In this document: positions 18,761 through 27,811 of the stretch, piece after piece
Numbering within the stretch: the stretch's first letter is position 1
How the letters are laid out: each line of letters opens with the position of its first letter
Assembly (NCBI GenBank): GCA_024408105.1
Contig: JAKSVG010000001.1
Coordinates: 50,854 to 114,853, forward strand
Origin: Bacilli bacterium
GTDB lineage: Bacteria > Bacillota_I > Bacilli_A > RFN20 > CAG-826
Direction of reading: 5' to 3'
DNA length: 64,000 bases
Notes under the pieces: model-generated
The model's database searches: none
Told to the model about the DNA's origin: nothing
Seen by the model: only the letters and a program-made list of their open reading frames with translations
Position numbers and translations under genes: made by a program

Positions 18761-18788
18761 GGTTAACATAATAGTGATTATACGAAGT
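18761..18788 (-). other. dif: dif chromosome dimer resolution site (XerC arm - 6-bp core - XerD arm)
   Basis: The minus strand reads ACTTCGTATAA-TCACTA-TTATGTTAACC. From memory, B. subtilis dif is ACTTCCTAGAA-TATATA-TTATGTAAACT and the E. coli XerD arm is TTATGTTAAAT. The site lies in the convergent gap where gene orientation flips, with xerD 3.2 kb away. Confidence 0.8.
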
Positions 18789-18799
18789 TATATGTTTTT

Positions 18800-18826
18800 A
18801 AGAAAACGTGCTTTTTAGTCAGCACG
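18800..18826 (-). terminator. intrinsic terminator after rsfS
   Basis: The minus strand has CGTGCT-gactaaaa-AGCACG followed by TTTTCTT. Confidence 0.7.
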
Positions 18827-18833
18827 GCTTCTC

Positions 18834-19157
18834 TTACTTAGATTTTAGTAATTCATCAAGACTAATTCTATCGCGTTCTTCTTTCGTAAAGATGTTTACA
18901 ATTACATGATGAGCATCAATTAATATCCAACCAGATTCTGCTTTCCCTTCAATGTGCCCAATGCTTATTTTATTCTTTTCAAATTCATCTTCAATCAATT
19001 CGACAAGCGCTTTTAACTGTCTGTTACTTCCTGCTGTTGCTAAAACATAATAATCAGCGAATGGGGTTTTATCCTTAACATCAATTACTTGAATATTTTC
19101 AGCCTTATGTTCGTTTAAAACTTTTTCGGCTAAAGACACGGTTTTATCTTTTTTCAT
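18834..19157 (-). CDS. rsfS: ribosomal silencing factor RsfS
   Basis: 107 aa with ENIQVIDVKDKTPFADYYVLATAGSNRQLKAL and GWILIDAHHVIVNIF, typical of RsfS/YbeB. Confidence 0.92.
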   Translation of the reverse strand: MKKDKTVSLAEKVLNEHKAENIQVIDVKDKTPFADYYVLATAGSNRQLKALVELIEDEFEKNKISIGHIEGKAESGWILIDAHHVIVNIFTKEERDRISLDELLKSK

Positions 19158-20262
19158 TATTTAACTCCTTTGGTAAATACATCTCAAAACATTTATCAGT
19201 TAATTCATTGGTAATATCTTTGTTGTGCGCCAATAAATATTTTTTATTATCAATTAACGTATCAATGAACCCTTGCTTGTAATTGGCAAGGCTTGAATTA
19301 ATTAGCCATCTAGAATCAAAACCTCTTGTAGGTTCTATTTTATCGCTCGTATAAACAACCATTCCTAATGGACTCATATTCTCGTTGCCTGTGCAATGAT
19401 ACTTGATTGCCTCTAACATTTCTTCATCTTCAATGCTAAATAATTCTTTGGCAAGGTATTCACCAATAAATTGGTGGTATGAAAACGAAGGAAAATTTAC
19501 ATATTCTGGATAATACTTTTTCATCAGCGAAACCATATTCTCATCTTCTTTATAATAAGTTTTGCCAACATCATGAAGTAATCCAGCAAAATAATATTTT
19601 TCTAAGTTAGACAATTTATTGACCTTTGCGATTCTAAGTGAGAGATTAGCAACTTGAATGCAATGTTCTAAACGATCTTTTGGTAAAATCTTTTCTAGTT
19701 TAGAAAAGAAATATAATTTATGTTTTTCAATATAGTCTAAAACTTTTTCAGGAATATCAATAGATTTCATCTCTCTAAAACTAGTCGAGCTTACATCTCC
19801 ACTCTCGAGAAAACTTAAATCAAGCATATGGTATGTCTTTATAACATTTTGATCTAGTTTTACGCTTGGTCGAGAAACAAATGTTATTTGAGCTAGATTA
19901 GCTATTTCCTCAGCGTTTTTCCATTCACTAAATCTATTGACCTGGTCTGCGCCAATTAATAAATACAATTTATCTTTTGGATATTTTTTCTTGAAATGAC
20001 GAACTGTATCAATTGTGTAGTTAATATCAGCATTACTCTTAATTTCAAAATCTGATATGGTAGTTCCACTCGGGCATTGCTTTATAGCCAATTTTAGCAT
20101 AGCTAATCGTTCTTTATATGTCGTTAATGGCGTTTTCCATCTAGGTGATCTAGCAGGAATGAAAATAACATCAGCATTCAACTTTAAAGAGGCAGCTGAC
20201 GCGATTCGCACATGTCCATTATGGATCGGGTCGAATGTTCCACCGAATAGGATATAATTCAT
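19144..20262 (-). CDS. nadD: fusion protein: nicotinate-nucleotide adenylyltransferase (NadD) + HD-domain YqeK (COG1713, Ap4A hydrolase family)
   Basis: The N-terminal half has GGTFDPIHNGH and ISSTxxR-like SSTSFR. The C-terminal half has the HD domain (LEHCIQV, LLHDVGK, YHCTG, SDKIEPTRG). It is a single uninterrupted 372-codon ORF. Confidence 0.9.
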   Translation of the reverse strand: MNYILFGGTFDPIHNGHVRIASAASLKLNADVIFIPARSPRWKTPLTTYKERLAMLKLAIKQCPSGTTISDFEIKSNADINYTIDTVRHFKKKYPKDKLYLLIGADQVNRFSEWKNAEEIANLAQITFVSRPSVKLDQNVIKTYHMLDLSFLESGDVSSTSFREMKSIDIPEKVLDYIEKHKLYFFSKLEKILPKDRLEHCIQVANLSLRIAKVNKLSNLEKYYFAGLLHDVGKTYYKEDENMVSLMKKYYPEYVNFPSFSYHQFIGEYLAKELFSIEDEEMLEAIKYHCTGNENMSPLGMVVYTSDKIEPTRGFDSRWLINSSLANYKQGFIDTLIDNKKYLLAHNKDITNELTDKCFEMYLPKELNNEKR

Positions 20263-20263
20263 T

Positions 20264-21424
20264 TTATTTTTTCTTCTTAATTAATATTTTTGAACGTGAA
20301 TGATACATTGAAACATTCTTAGGCACATAAACTCTAATGGTTTGTTTGTTTGCTTCAAATGAAACCCATCCAAGACCTAATATGCCAATATCACGTTGAT
20401 TTGATTCGGTGACCACCACATCATATACATCCAAATCTTTTACTGATTTAATATACGATAAAGCTGGCTTTAATGATTTCTTTGAAATCATCTTTACAAA
20501 TCTTTCATCAATTGGCAGTGATTCTTTGTTATGGTGTTTTTTAAATTTAATATGTTCGTGGAAATAGCAAGAGAACGTAGTTTTTTTGCCACTTACAAGT
20601 TCAATAATTGCCATTCCTCCAATAAGCATGCATTGTTTGCGATTCAATGTCACTACACGTGGTTTAACACTTTTTGTGATCCAGATTTCACGCATAGTAG
20701 CCTTATCAAGGTTAAATAGAATAGAGTTATCTAAGGATATACCAGGAGTATTATAAAGATTTGATTTTGTACTTAGAGGAATTTTCATAACACTCAAATC
20801 TGTGTTTTTGTATGGTTCAGTAACAATATTTCCTTTGGAAAGATTGTTAAATACTCTTAAAAATGATGAAAGTAATGTTGACTTACCAGAAAGCTGACTA
20901 CCAACAAGATAAACATCCTTGCCATTTTTTAATTCATAAATTCTGGTCATGATTTCACGAGCTGTTTCATCATCAAACGCATTCGCAACAATAACGTTTT
21001 CAGAATGAATAGTTAAACCGGCAGCTCTAAATCTATGAGCAACATACTCTTTGGTTAATTCTTTGCTTGTTTTTGCAGGGAGAAGGTCAAATTTGTTTCC
21101 AACAACAAGAATATTCATCCCTTCTAATATTTCATTAATTTGATGATTAAATGCTGCTTCAAAAGAAAATAAGTTAACAACATAAACTATTAAGGACCCT
21201 TTCTTCTTTGCGTCATTTAACAAAGTTAAAAAGTCAGGATCAAGCAATGGCTCGTTACTTCTTTCTTTGAAACGTTCGAGTTCAAAACATTTGTCACAAA
21301 ATAAGAAATTTTGTGTCGCGTTTTCTAAAACCTCTTTTTTAACATATCCTTCTTTTGAAGGGTGCTCACATTGAAGTATTGCGCCACAGTTGTAACATCT
21401 TCTTACTTTACTTATTTCCGCCAT
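20264..21424 (-). CDS. yqeH: ribosome biogenesis GTPase YqeH
   Basis: N-terminal zinc finger (CYNCG...CDKCF) and a circularly permuted GTPase (VGNKFDLL, then GSQLSGKSTLL). GGAAGGAG SD before ATG 21424. Confidence 0.9.
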   Translation of the reverse strand: MAEISKVRRCYNCGAILQCEHPSKEGYVKKEVLENATQNFLFCDKCFELERFKERSNEPLLDPDFLTLLNDAKKKGSLIVYVVNLFSFEAAFNHQINEILEGMNILVVGNKFDLLPAKTSKELTKEYVAHRFRAAGLTIHSENVIVANAFDDETAREIMTRIYELKNGKDVYLVGSQLSGKSTLLSSFLRVFNNLSKGNIVTEPYKNTDLSVMKIPLSTKSNLYNTPGISLDNSILFNLDKATMREIWITKSVKPRVVTLNRKQCMLIGGMAIIELVSGKKTTFSCYFHEHIKFKKHHNKESLPIDERFVKMISKKSLKPALSYIKSVKDLDVYDVVVTESNQRDIGILGLGWVSFEANKQTIRVYVPKNVSMYHSRSKILIKKKK

Positions 21425-21953
21425 ATAATTTCTCCTTCCAATCAATTATTAGGTTCTTTTTAAACAATTTCTTTTTTATAGGTCTTTCAAATATCCTATT
21501 AAATCTTGTTGTAGGTTGATCCTCTTTAACTAACTTTTCAACATATAACGATTTTATTTTAGCACGATTTGCAGCGGCAATATCAGTCATTAACTGATCT
21601 CCCACTAACATTACTTCGTTTTTACTGATATTTTTTGATTTAAGAAATTTATTAATTCCTCTAGCAAAAGGTTTTCCTATTGAACTTACATAAGGAACCT
21701 TTAACTCATCTGCATATATGCCAACACGCTTGCCTGTGTTATTTGAAAGGATATACATCTCAATACCATGATTATAAAGTTCTTCTTTAAGAAGAAAAAC
21801 TTGTTCGGATGGTTTCTTTGTTTTATATGAATCTAAAGTATTATCCAAATCAACAAGCAAAAATTTTACATTGTTTGCGACAAAAAATTCAACGTCAACA
21901 TCGAATATATTTTTAGCATGAACATAAGGAATGTAAGTTTTTAGCATATACAT
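21408..21953 (-). CDS. yqeG: HAD-family phosphatase YqeG
   Basis: HAD motifs LLVDLDNTL and VGDQLMTDI. Conserved yqeG-yqeH order. The start is probably the ATG at 21947 (see the leaderless finding). Confidence 0.88.
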   Translation of the reverse strand: MYMLKTYIPYVHAKNIFDVDVEFFVANNVKFLLVDLDNTLDSYKTKKPSEQVFLLKEELYNHGIEMYILSNNTGKRVGIYADELKVPYVSSIGKPFARGINKFLKSKNISKNEVMLVGDQLMTDIAAANRAKIKSLYVEKLVKEDQPTTRFNRIFERPIKKKLFKKNLIIDWKEKLYGGNK

Positions 21954-21959
21954 ATTATA
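21954..21959 (-). promoter_or_regulatory. -10 box (TATAAT) abutting the first yqeG ATG and 6 nt upstream of the second
   Basis: The minus strand reads TATAAT-ATGTAT-ATG, downstream of the parC terminator. Confidence 0.55.
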
Positions 21960-22018
21960 ATGAAAAATTTACAAAAGAATATCTTTTGCAAAGAAAATAT
22001 ATAAATAACATATGCACG

Positions 22019-22047
22019 AAAAGAAAAATGTGGCAACTTTTGCCACA
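22019..22047 (-). terminator. intrinsic terminator after parC
   Basis: The minus strand has TGTGGCAA-aagt-TTGCCACA followed by TTTTTCTTTT. Confidence 0.85.
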
Positions 22048-22058
22048 ATTTTCATTAA

Positions 22059-24677
22059 TTAGAAATCATCATCATCTTCAAATATTGAGATTTGTGTATA
22101 GCCTTTTTCTTCTTCAACTTTTTCTTCGGTTTGATTAGTAGAATTTTCGTTGTCAGATTCAATGGCAATTGGCTCAGTTTTTATTTCCTTTGATTCAATG
22201 TCTTTCGAGATATAATCATCGCCTTCGATGAACGGTATTTGAAGTGATAATTTTTTAGGCATATCGATTGTCATTTTCGCATAACGATCTATCGGTGTAA
22301 CATGATAGTCATCAACAACAATATCAACCACTTCTTTTATGTTGTTTAACACTCTAATGAGTGTTTTTTCACAATTTGTATCAAGTTTTTTAACATAAAT
22401 TAATTCGTGTGGTTCATTCTTAAATGAGCGGAAAACGATAGATGTTTTTCCAAGTCTATTTGTTAGATTTGTATTTGTAATATCATAGATGCGAACACAC
22501 CCTTTATCAGTAAGCAAAATTACCTTGCCTTTTGTATTATCTGCATCATATGTTTTTATAGCTGAAATAGTTGCTTTTCCTAGGTGAGAAAATGCTTTTA
22601 CTCCACCTGATTTCATGCCAGCAGATGGCAGTCCATTTTCGTTAAACATAGAAGAATTGCCATCACTAGTAAATAAGACGATATTAGAATTTCCAGTTGA
22701 GAAAGCAACATCGCATATTTCATCATCTTGAAGCAATTTCATGCACATTAATGGTTTGGAATATCTAATTACAGAGAAATCGCTTAAACGTAAACGTTTA
22801 ATTTGGCCATATTTCGAAACAAGAATAAAGAATAAATCATCTCTAAACTTTTCGATAACGTAGGCGCGCACAATTTTTTCATTAGGATTTAAGGAAATAA
22901 GATAATTTATGTGCTTTCCTTCATCTTTCCATTTATTTTCATTAATTTCGTGAATTGGAATATATAAGAAGTTTCCAACATTAGTAAAACAGATTAAATA
23001 ATCTGTTGTCATAGCCTTTCCAGAATAAATGCAAGCATCGCCATCTTTCATACCTGGCAATGGATTTACTCCACTGCTTCTATATGATTTAATTGATGAA
23101 TATTTAATATATCCATCACGACTAACAGCAAGCATAATTTCTTCCTTTGAAATAAGGTCACGTTTATCAATACTTATAGAGCCTTCTTTTTCAATAATTT
23201 GAGTTTTTCTAGGCTTACCATACTTGCTCGCAATTGCTTTCAAATCGCTTACTAATAAACGATCTAATTTCTTTCTATCTTGAAGTATTCCGTTAAGTGT
23301 GTCGATCGTAGACTCAAGTTGCTTTTTCTCATTGACTAAAGTAGTTAAATCTGTGTTGGACAACTTATAAAGTTGTAACATAACAATTGCTTCGCTTTGT
23401 GGCTCGCTAAAATTAAATTTTTCTTGTATGTTTTTCTTAGCATCAGCCTTGTCTTTACTAGCACGAATTGTATCAACAACATCATCCAAAATTGAAACTG
23501 CTTTAATTAATCCATCAACGACTTCAAGACGTGATTTAGATTTCCTTAAATCATAGTTCGAACGTCTGGTAATAACATCAACTTGATGGTCAATAAATGC
23601 ATCAATAAAATCTAATAAATTTAATGTTTTTGGTCTTCCGTTAACTATTGCAACATTATTTGCTGAGTATGAGGTTCTTAGTCCAGTTTTATTCATTAAA
23701 TAATTATGAATAACTTCAACATTTGCTTCTTTCTTTAAGTCGATTGCAATGCGTAAACCATCTCTTCCTGATTCATCTCTAACTTCAGAAATTCCGGAGA
23801 CGACCTTATCATGAATTAATTTATCAATCTCGTAAACGAGATTTGTTATTGTTGATTTATAAGGAATTTCACTAACAATAATTTGTTTTTCGTTTTTGTT
23901 ATCTACAATTTCAGTTTTAGCAGCAATTTCAATTCTTCCACGCCCAGTCAAATATATATCTTCTAAACCTTTGCTTTTATAGATATATCCACCACTAGGA
24001 AAATCTGGGCCAGGAATAAATTGCATCAAATCAATAGGTTCGACACGAACATGGCCAATTCGATAAATAACTGCATCTATTACTTCGCAAAGATTGTGTG
24101 TTGGTATTTCAGTTGCTAAAGCAACTGCAATTCCCTCGGATCCGTTAACTAAAAGGTTTGGGAATCTAGCAGGCATAACGACTGGTTCAAAATCAGTGTC
24201 ATCAAATGTTAAGGCCATATCAACAGTTTCTTTATCTATATCTCTCACCATTTCTTCAGCTATTTGGCTGAGTCTGGCTTCGGTATAACGATATGCTGCT
24301 GCTGGGTCACCATTTATAGATCCATTGTTACCTTGAAAGTCAATTAATGGATTATTTAATTTCCAATCTTGTGACATTCTCACTAAAGCTTCGTAAATTG
24401 ATGAATCACCATGTGGATGATATTTCCCCATAACTTCGCCGACTGTGTGAGCAGATTTTCGTGTTGGTCGAGTGAAAATATTGCCAGTTTTATACATAGA
24501 GAAGATTATTCTTCTCTGAACAGGTTTTAAACCATCTCTCGCATCAGGTATTGCTCGATCTTGAATAACATATTTTGCATATGTCGCATAACGAGTCGCC
24601 ATTATTTCTTCGACTGTTTCATTATGAATGTTTTCTTGTATTTCAATTTCGACGGGTTCTATTTTTCTTTTTGCCAT
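22059..24677 (-). CDS. parC: DNA topoisomerase IV subunit A (ParC), with a long acidic C-terminal tail
   Basis: Motifs AIPDARDGLKPVQRRI (VQRR rather than the VHRR of GyrA), HPHGDSSIY and the catalytic-Tyr motif AAAYRYTEARL. I saw no GyrA box. It lies downstream of parE and next to plsY, as in other Firmicutes. Confidence 0.85.
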   Translation of the reverse strand: MAKRKIEPVEIEIQENIHNETVEEIMATRYATYAKYVIQDRAIPDARDGLKPVQRRIIFSMYKTGNIFTRPTRKSAHTVGEVMGKYHPHGDSSIYEALVRMSQDWKLNNPLIDFQGNNGSINGDPAAAYRYTEARLSQIAEEMVRDIDKETVDMALTFDDTDFEPVVMPARFPNLLVNGSEGIAVALATEIPTHNLCEVIDAVIYRIGHVRVEPIDLMQFIPGPDFPSGGYIYKSKGLEDIYLTGRGRIEIAAKTEIVDNKNEKQIIVSEIPYKSTITNLVYEIDKLIHDKVVSGISEVRDESGRDGLRIAIDLKKEANVEVIHNYLMNKTGLRTSYSANNVAIVNGRPKTLNLLDFIDAFIDHQVDVITRRSNYDLRKSKSRLEVVDGLIKAVSILDDVVDTIRASKDKADAKKNIQEKFNFSEPQSEAIVMLQLYKLSNTDLTTLVNEKKQLESTIDTLNGILQDRKKLDRLLVSDLKAIASKYGKPRKTQIIEKEGSISIDKRDLISKEEIMLAVSRDGYIKYSSIKSYRSSGVNPLPGMKDGDACIYSGKAMTTDYLICFTNVGNFLYIPIHEINENKWKDEGKHINYLISLNPNEKIVRAYVIEKFRDDLFFILVSKYGQIKRLRLSDFSVIRYSKPLMCMKLLQDDEICDVAFSTGNSNIVLFTSDGNSSMFNENGLPSAGMKSGGVKAFSHLGKATISAIKTYDADNTKGKVILLTDKGCVRIYDITNTNLTNRLGKTSIVFRSFKNEPHELIYVKKLDTNCEKTLIRVLNNIKEVVDIVVDDYHVTPIDRYAKMTIDMPKKLSLQIPFIEGDDYISKDIESKEIKTEPIAIESDNENSTNQTEEKVEEEKGYTQISIFEDDDDF

Positions 24678-24678
24678 A

Positions 24679-26619
24679 TTATTTTACCTCGTCAATGAAT
24701 GAGTCAACTTCGTTGAAGTTAACATTTTCTTCAACCCATTGTCTTCTTATAACTGTGTCATTTCCCATTAAAATCGATATTTCGCGAGCTGCAGAAACAG
24801 GGTCTTCAATAGTGACTTTGCACAATTGTCTTTGGGATGGATCCATTGTGGATTCCCATAATTGATTAGCGTCCATTTCGCCTAGACCTTTATAACGAGA
24901 AATTCTATATCCTGCGCCAATTTCTTTCTTTGCTTTTTCTAAATCAGCTTCATCCCATGCATATCTATAAACTAACTTATGATTCACTTCTTTAGAAACA
25001 CGATATAAAGGTGGCATTGCAACAAACAATTTTCCTTTTAAAATAAGTGGTTTCATATAGTTATAGAAAAATGTTAAAAGCAATGTTTGAATATGAGCAC
25101 CATCTGTATCAGCGTCTGTCATAATAATAACTTTTCCGTAATGTGAATTATCAGCTTTGAAGTCCTCACCAAAACCTGCTCCAATAGTATTAACAATTGT
25201 TGCAAATTCTTCATTTTTGAGCATTTTTTCCGTTGATACGGAATCCGTATTTAAAGGTTTACCACGAAGTGGTAGAATTGCTTGATGTAAATTGTTTCTT
25301 CCTTTTCTAGCGGTTCCTCCAGCAGACTCACCTTCAACAATAAAAAGTTCGTTTTTATCATAATCCTTTGATTGGCATGGAGTTAATTTATCAGACAAAA
25401 TCATTTCAGATTTTGCACGTTTCGTATTTCTTATCTCATCCTTTGCTTTTCTTGCAGCAACACGAGCATTTTGCGCATCAATGCATTTTTTAATTAAGTT
25501 TACAGCAAACTCTTTATTTTCGTTAAGATAATAACTAAAGTTATTATACACAAAGTTACTTACAATAGTTAGTGCCTCAGGCGTTCCAAGTTTTTGCTTT
25601 GTTTGTCCTTCATATTCTAACTTTTGTTCAGGGATCTTTAATGATATAACTGCGGTTAAACCTTCTCTTATATCAGTGCCCTCTAATTTAATTTTGCCTT
25701 TTAAAAGTTGGTTCTCTTCAGCATAATCATTTACTGCTTTCGTGATTCCTGATCTAAATCCGCTTTCGTGAGTACCACCATCTTTTGTTCTTACATTATT
25801 GGCATACGAATAAATATATTCGCCATAATCTCTTGAACAATATTGCATAGCAATATCTATCTTGATCGTGTCTTCTTCGCCAGAAAATGTTAACACTTCC
25901 CCGAGTTGCGATTTTTCTTTGCAAAGATTGGAAACGTATTCTTTAATGCCTTCTTTATAGCAAAACTCAACTTTTTCTCCATTTCTTTCATCAGTAAGAG
26001 CAAAAGTTACGCCTTTTAACAAAAATGCACTTTCTTGAATATGATTGGAAATAATCTCAAATTGAAAATTGGTTGTAGAAAATATTTTTGAATCAGGTTT
26101 GAACCTTACTAAAGTGCCGTGCTTCTTGGTACTACCAAGAACCTCTAGAGGTATAGCAAGTTTACCACCATTTTCAAAACGAAGATGATGGATACTGCCT
26201 GACTTAAAAACAGTAATGTCGCAATACTCACTAAGTGCGTTTGTAACACTTGATCCAACACCATGAAGACCAGCTGAAGAAGCATATACTTTAGATGAGA
26301 ATTTTCCACCACTATGCAGTGTGGAAAAAATTAATTGAACAGCTGGCATACCAGTTTGTTTATGAATATCGACCGGAATACCTCTGCCTTCATCTAAAAC
26401 GGAAACGGAACCATCTTTATGAATAGTTATGGTGATTTTATCACCATATCCGTTTAAAGCTTCGTCAACAGCGTTGTCTATAATTTCCCAAACAAGATGA
26501 TGTAAACCGGTCGAATTTGTTGAACCGATATACATTGCAGGACGTTTTCTAACGCCCGCTAATCCTTCGAGAATTTCGATGTCAGCCGCTGAATAATTAT
26601 TACTTTTCTCTAGTGCCAT
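24679..26619 (-). CDS. parE: DNA topoisomerase IV subunit B (ParE)
   Basis: GHKL ATPase (LHHLVWEIIDNAVDE, GLHGVG) and TOPRIM (EGESAGG, IMTDADTDGAHI). The ATG at 26619 gives an N-terminus of normal length; the ORF-track start is TTG. Confidence 0.85.
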   Translation of the reverse strand: MALEKSNNYSAADIEILEGLAGVRKRPAMYIGSTNSTGLHHLVWEIIDNAVDEALNGYGDKITITIHKDGSVSVLDEGRGIPVDIHKQTGMPAVQLIFSTLHSGGKFSSKVYASSAGLHGVGSSVTNALSEYCDITVFKSGSIHHLRFENGGKLAIPLEVLGSTKKHGTLVRFKPDSKIFSTTNFQFEIISNHIQESAFLLKGVTFALTDERNGEKVEFCYKEGIKEYVSNLCKEKSQLGEVLTFSGEEDTIKIDIAMQYCSRDYGEYIYSYANNVRTKDGGTHESGFRSGITKAVNDYAEENQLLKGKIKLEGTDIREGLTAVISLKIPEQKLEYEGQTKQKLGTPEALTIVSNFVYNNFSYYLNENKEFAVNLIKKCIDAQNARVAARKAKDEIRNTKRAKSEMILSDKLTPCQSKDYDKNELFIVEGESAGGTARKGRNNLHQAILPLRGKPLNTDSVSTEKMLKNEEFATIVNTIGAGFGEDFKADNSHYGKVIIMTDADTDGAHIQTLLLTFFYNYMKPLILKGKLFVAMPPLYRVSKEVNHKLVYRYAWDEADLEKAKKEIGAGYRISRYKGLGEMDANQLWESTMDPSQRQLCKVTIEDPVSAAREISILMGNDTVIRRQWVEENVNFNEVDSFIDEVK

Positions 26620-26721
26620 ATATGTAAAACTCTTCAATTTGTGAAATTGATTATACCAAGAAAAAAGTTGAAAAGTAATCTACTTTTTTAGTATCATTGT
26701 TGAGGTTGTGAGGTTTTGAAC

Positions 26722-27453
26722 ATGGATATTATTTTATATAATATAGTAACAGCATTTTGCTCATTATTTTTTGGATATATTTTTGGAAGTATACCAACTG
26801 GAGTTATGGTTGGGAAGTTAATATATCATCGTGATCCCCGCCAAGAAGGTTCTAAAAATTCAGGTGGAACTAATGTTGGTCGGCTTTTTGGAAAAAAAGC
26901 CGGTGTGCTTGTAATTATATTAGATATGCTTAAATGTGTATTACCAACAATTTCTGCATGGGCAATTATAAGCTTTTCAGGATTAAGTGAAGCATTAGCT
27001 TCAGATACCTGGAGTCAATTCCATATTTTATACATTTATTTAACACCATTAGGCGTAGCTTTAGGACATTGCTGGCCATTATTCGGCGGGTTTAAGGGCG
27101 GAAAAGCAGTTGCGACATTCTGTGGATTCGCTGCTTGCTCATGTTGGGCAATATTGATTTTGGGTGTTATTACATTCTTCACAACATTAAAAGCAAAAAA
27201 ATATGTCTCACTGGCATCAATAATCACAAGTCTAGTCGCTAGTATTTTGGCATGGATTTTGTTTGTTCTAAAAATCACTGTTTTTCCAAGCCAAATTGAT
27301 ATCGTTATGTGGGGTGCTGGATCCTTCCTAGTTTGTGGGTGGGAATTCGCATCTGTATTAACGCTAATTTCTTTAATGCTAATAATTCGCCATAGAGCAA
27401 ATATCGTCCGTTTGGTTAGACACGAAGAAAGAAAGATAAAATGGATGAAGTAA
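26722..27453 (+). CDS. plsY: glycerol-3-phosphate acyltransferase PlsY
   Basis: Motifs GSIPTGVMVGK, GSKNSGGTNVGR and HCWPLFGGFKGGKAVAT. GAGG SD before ATG 26722. Confidence 0.93.
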   Translation: MDIILYNIVTAFCSLFFGYIFGSIPTGVMVGKLIYHRDPRQEGSKNSGGTNVGRLFGKKAGVLVIILDMLKCVLPTISAWAIISFSGLSEALASDTWSQFHILYIYLTPLGVALGHCWPLFGGFKGGKAVATFCGFAACSCWAILILGVITFFTTLKAKKYVSLASIITSLVASILAWILFVLKITVFPSQIDIVMWGAGSFLVCGWEFASVLTLISLMLIIRHRANIVRLVRHEERKIKWMK

Positions 27454-27481
27454 TAGTATGTCGTTAGTAGTTTTTTAGTAG
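27453..27481 (+). repeat. phased direct repeats ATAGTAT-N4-TTAGTAG-N4-TTAGTAG
   Basis: Copies start at 27453, 27464 and 27475 (11-bp period). The first overlaps the plsY stop codon. Confidence 0.6.
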
Positions 27482-27518
27482 TTTTATTTATTGTGTGAAA
27501 TTCCTAGATAATTTGAAG

Positions 27519-27554
27519 ACTCCCAAAATTGTTTCGATGAATTGGGAGTTTTTA
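27519..27554 (+). terminator. intrinsic terminator after plsY
   Basis: 8-bp stem ACTCCCAA/TTGGGAGT, 15-nt loop, then a T5 run. Confidence 0.75.
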
Positions 27555-27765
27555 ATTGACGTTTTTTTACAGAGAGTTCGTATCTTATGAAAAAGTTACT
27601 TCTTCCACTACTATGATTTTTTTAGCTTGCAACAGAGGCCTATTTTAGCCTCGTAATATATGTCTATGAACAATTCCCTACCCTATTATTATTTGCGTGA
27701 TTCTAGCGCCTTTTCTGTAATAATTTTATTTTTGATTTTTGGCTTATATTTTTCGCAAAAATTCC

Positions 27766-27801
27766 CACAAAAAAAGCGCCGAATTTTCGACGCATTTTTT
27801 T
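27766..27801 (-). terminator. terminator after yneF (bidirectional appearance)
   Basis: GC-rich hairpin GCGCCGA/TCGACGC (one mismatch), flanked by an A7 run on the + strand (T run on the - strand) and by a T7 run on the + side. Confidence 0.7.
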
Positions 27802-27811
27802 GCATGTTTTT

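Noticed and set aside
13491-18788. The 5.3-kb interval bracketed by the dif-like half site and dif, read as a confident mobile element (IMEX) call.
   Set aside because: The interval has no phage, conjugation or cargo-type genes. xerD-deoB adjacency appears ancestral in Firmicutes, and codon and GC composition do not look different by eye. I kept it only as one hypothesis within a finding and did not annotate it as a mobile element.
18779-18791. A perfect 13/13 match (TATACGAAGTTAT) to the inverted-repeat arm of phage P1 loxP, which raises the possibility of an engineered lox scar.
   Set aside because: Only one arm is present. The adjacent 8 nt do not match the loxP spacer, and the other side is a XerD-type arm (TTATGTTAACC). 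The match is explained by the known similarity between dif XerC arms and lox arms, so it is read as part of dif.
22059-26619. The type II topoisomerase pair could be gyrB-gyrA rather than parE-parC.
   Set aside because: The A subunit has VQRRI rather than VHRRI and no recognisable GyrA box. The pair is adjacent to plsY, as parE-parC is in other Firmicutes, and it lies next to the terminus rather than near dnaA. The acidic C-terminal tail is atypical, so some residual uncertainty remains.
27587-27616. Mini-ORF MKKLLLPLL (27587-27616) and a 20-codon ORF at 18677-18739 in the two long intergenic regions.
   Set aside because: Both are very short, have no convincing SD at proper spacing, and offer no basis for conservation. 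Such ORFs are expected by chance.
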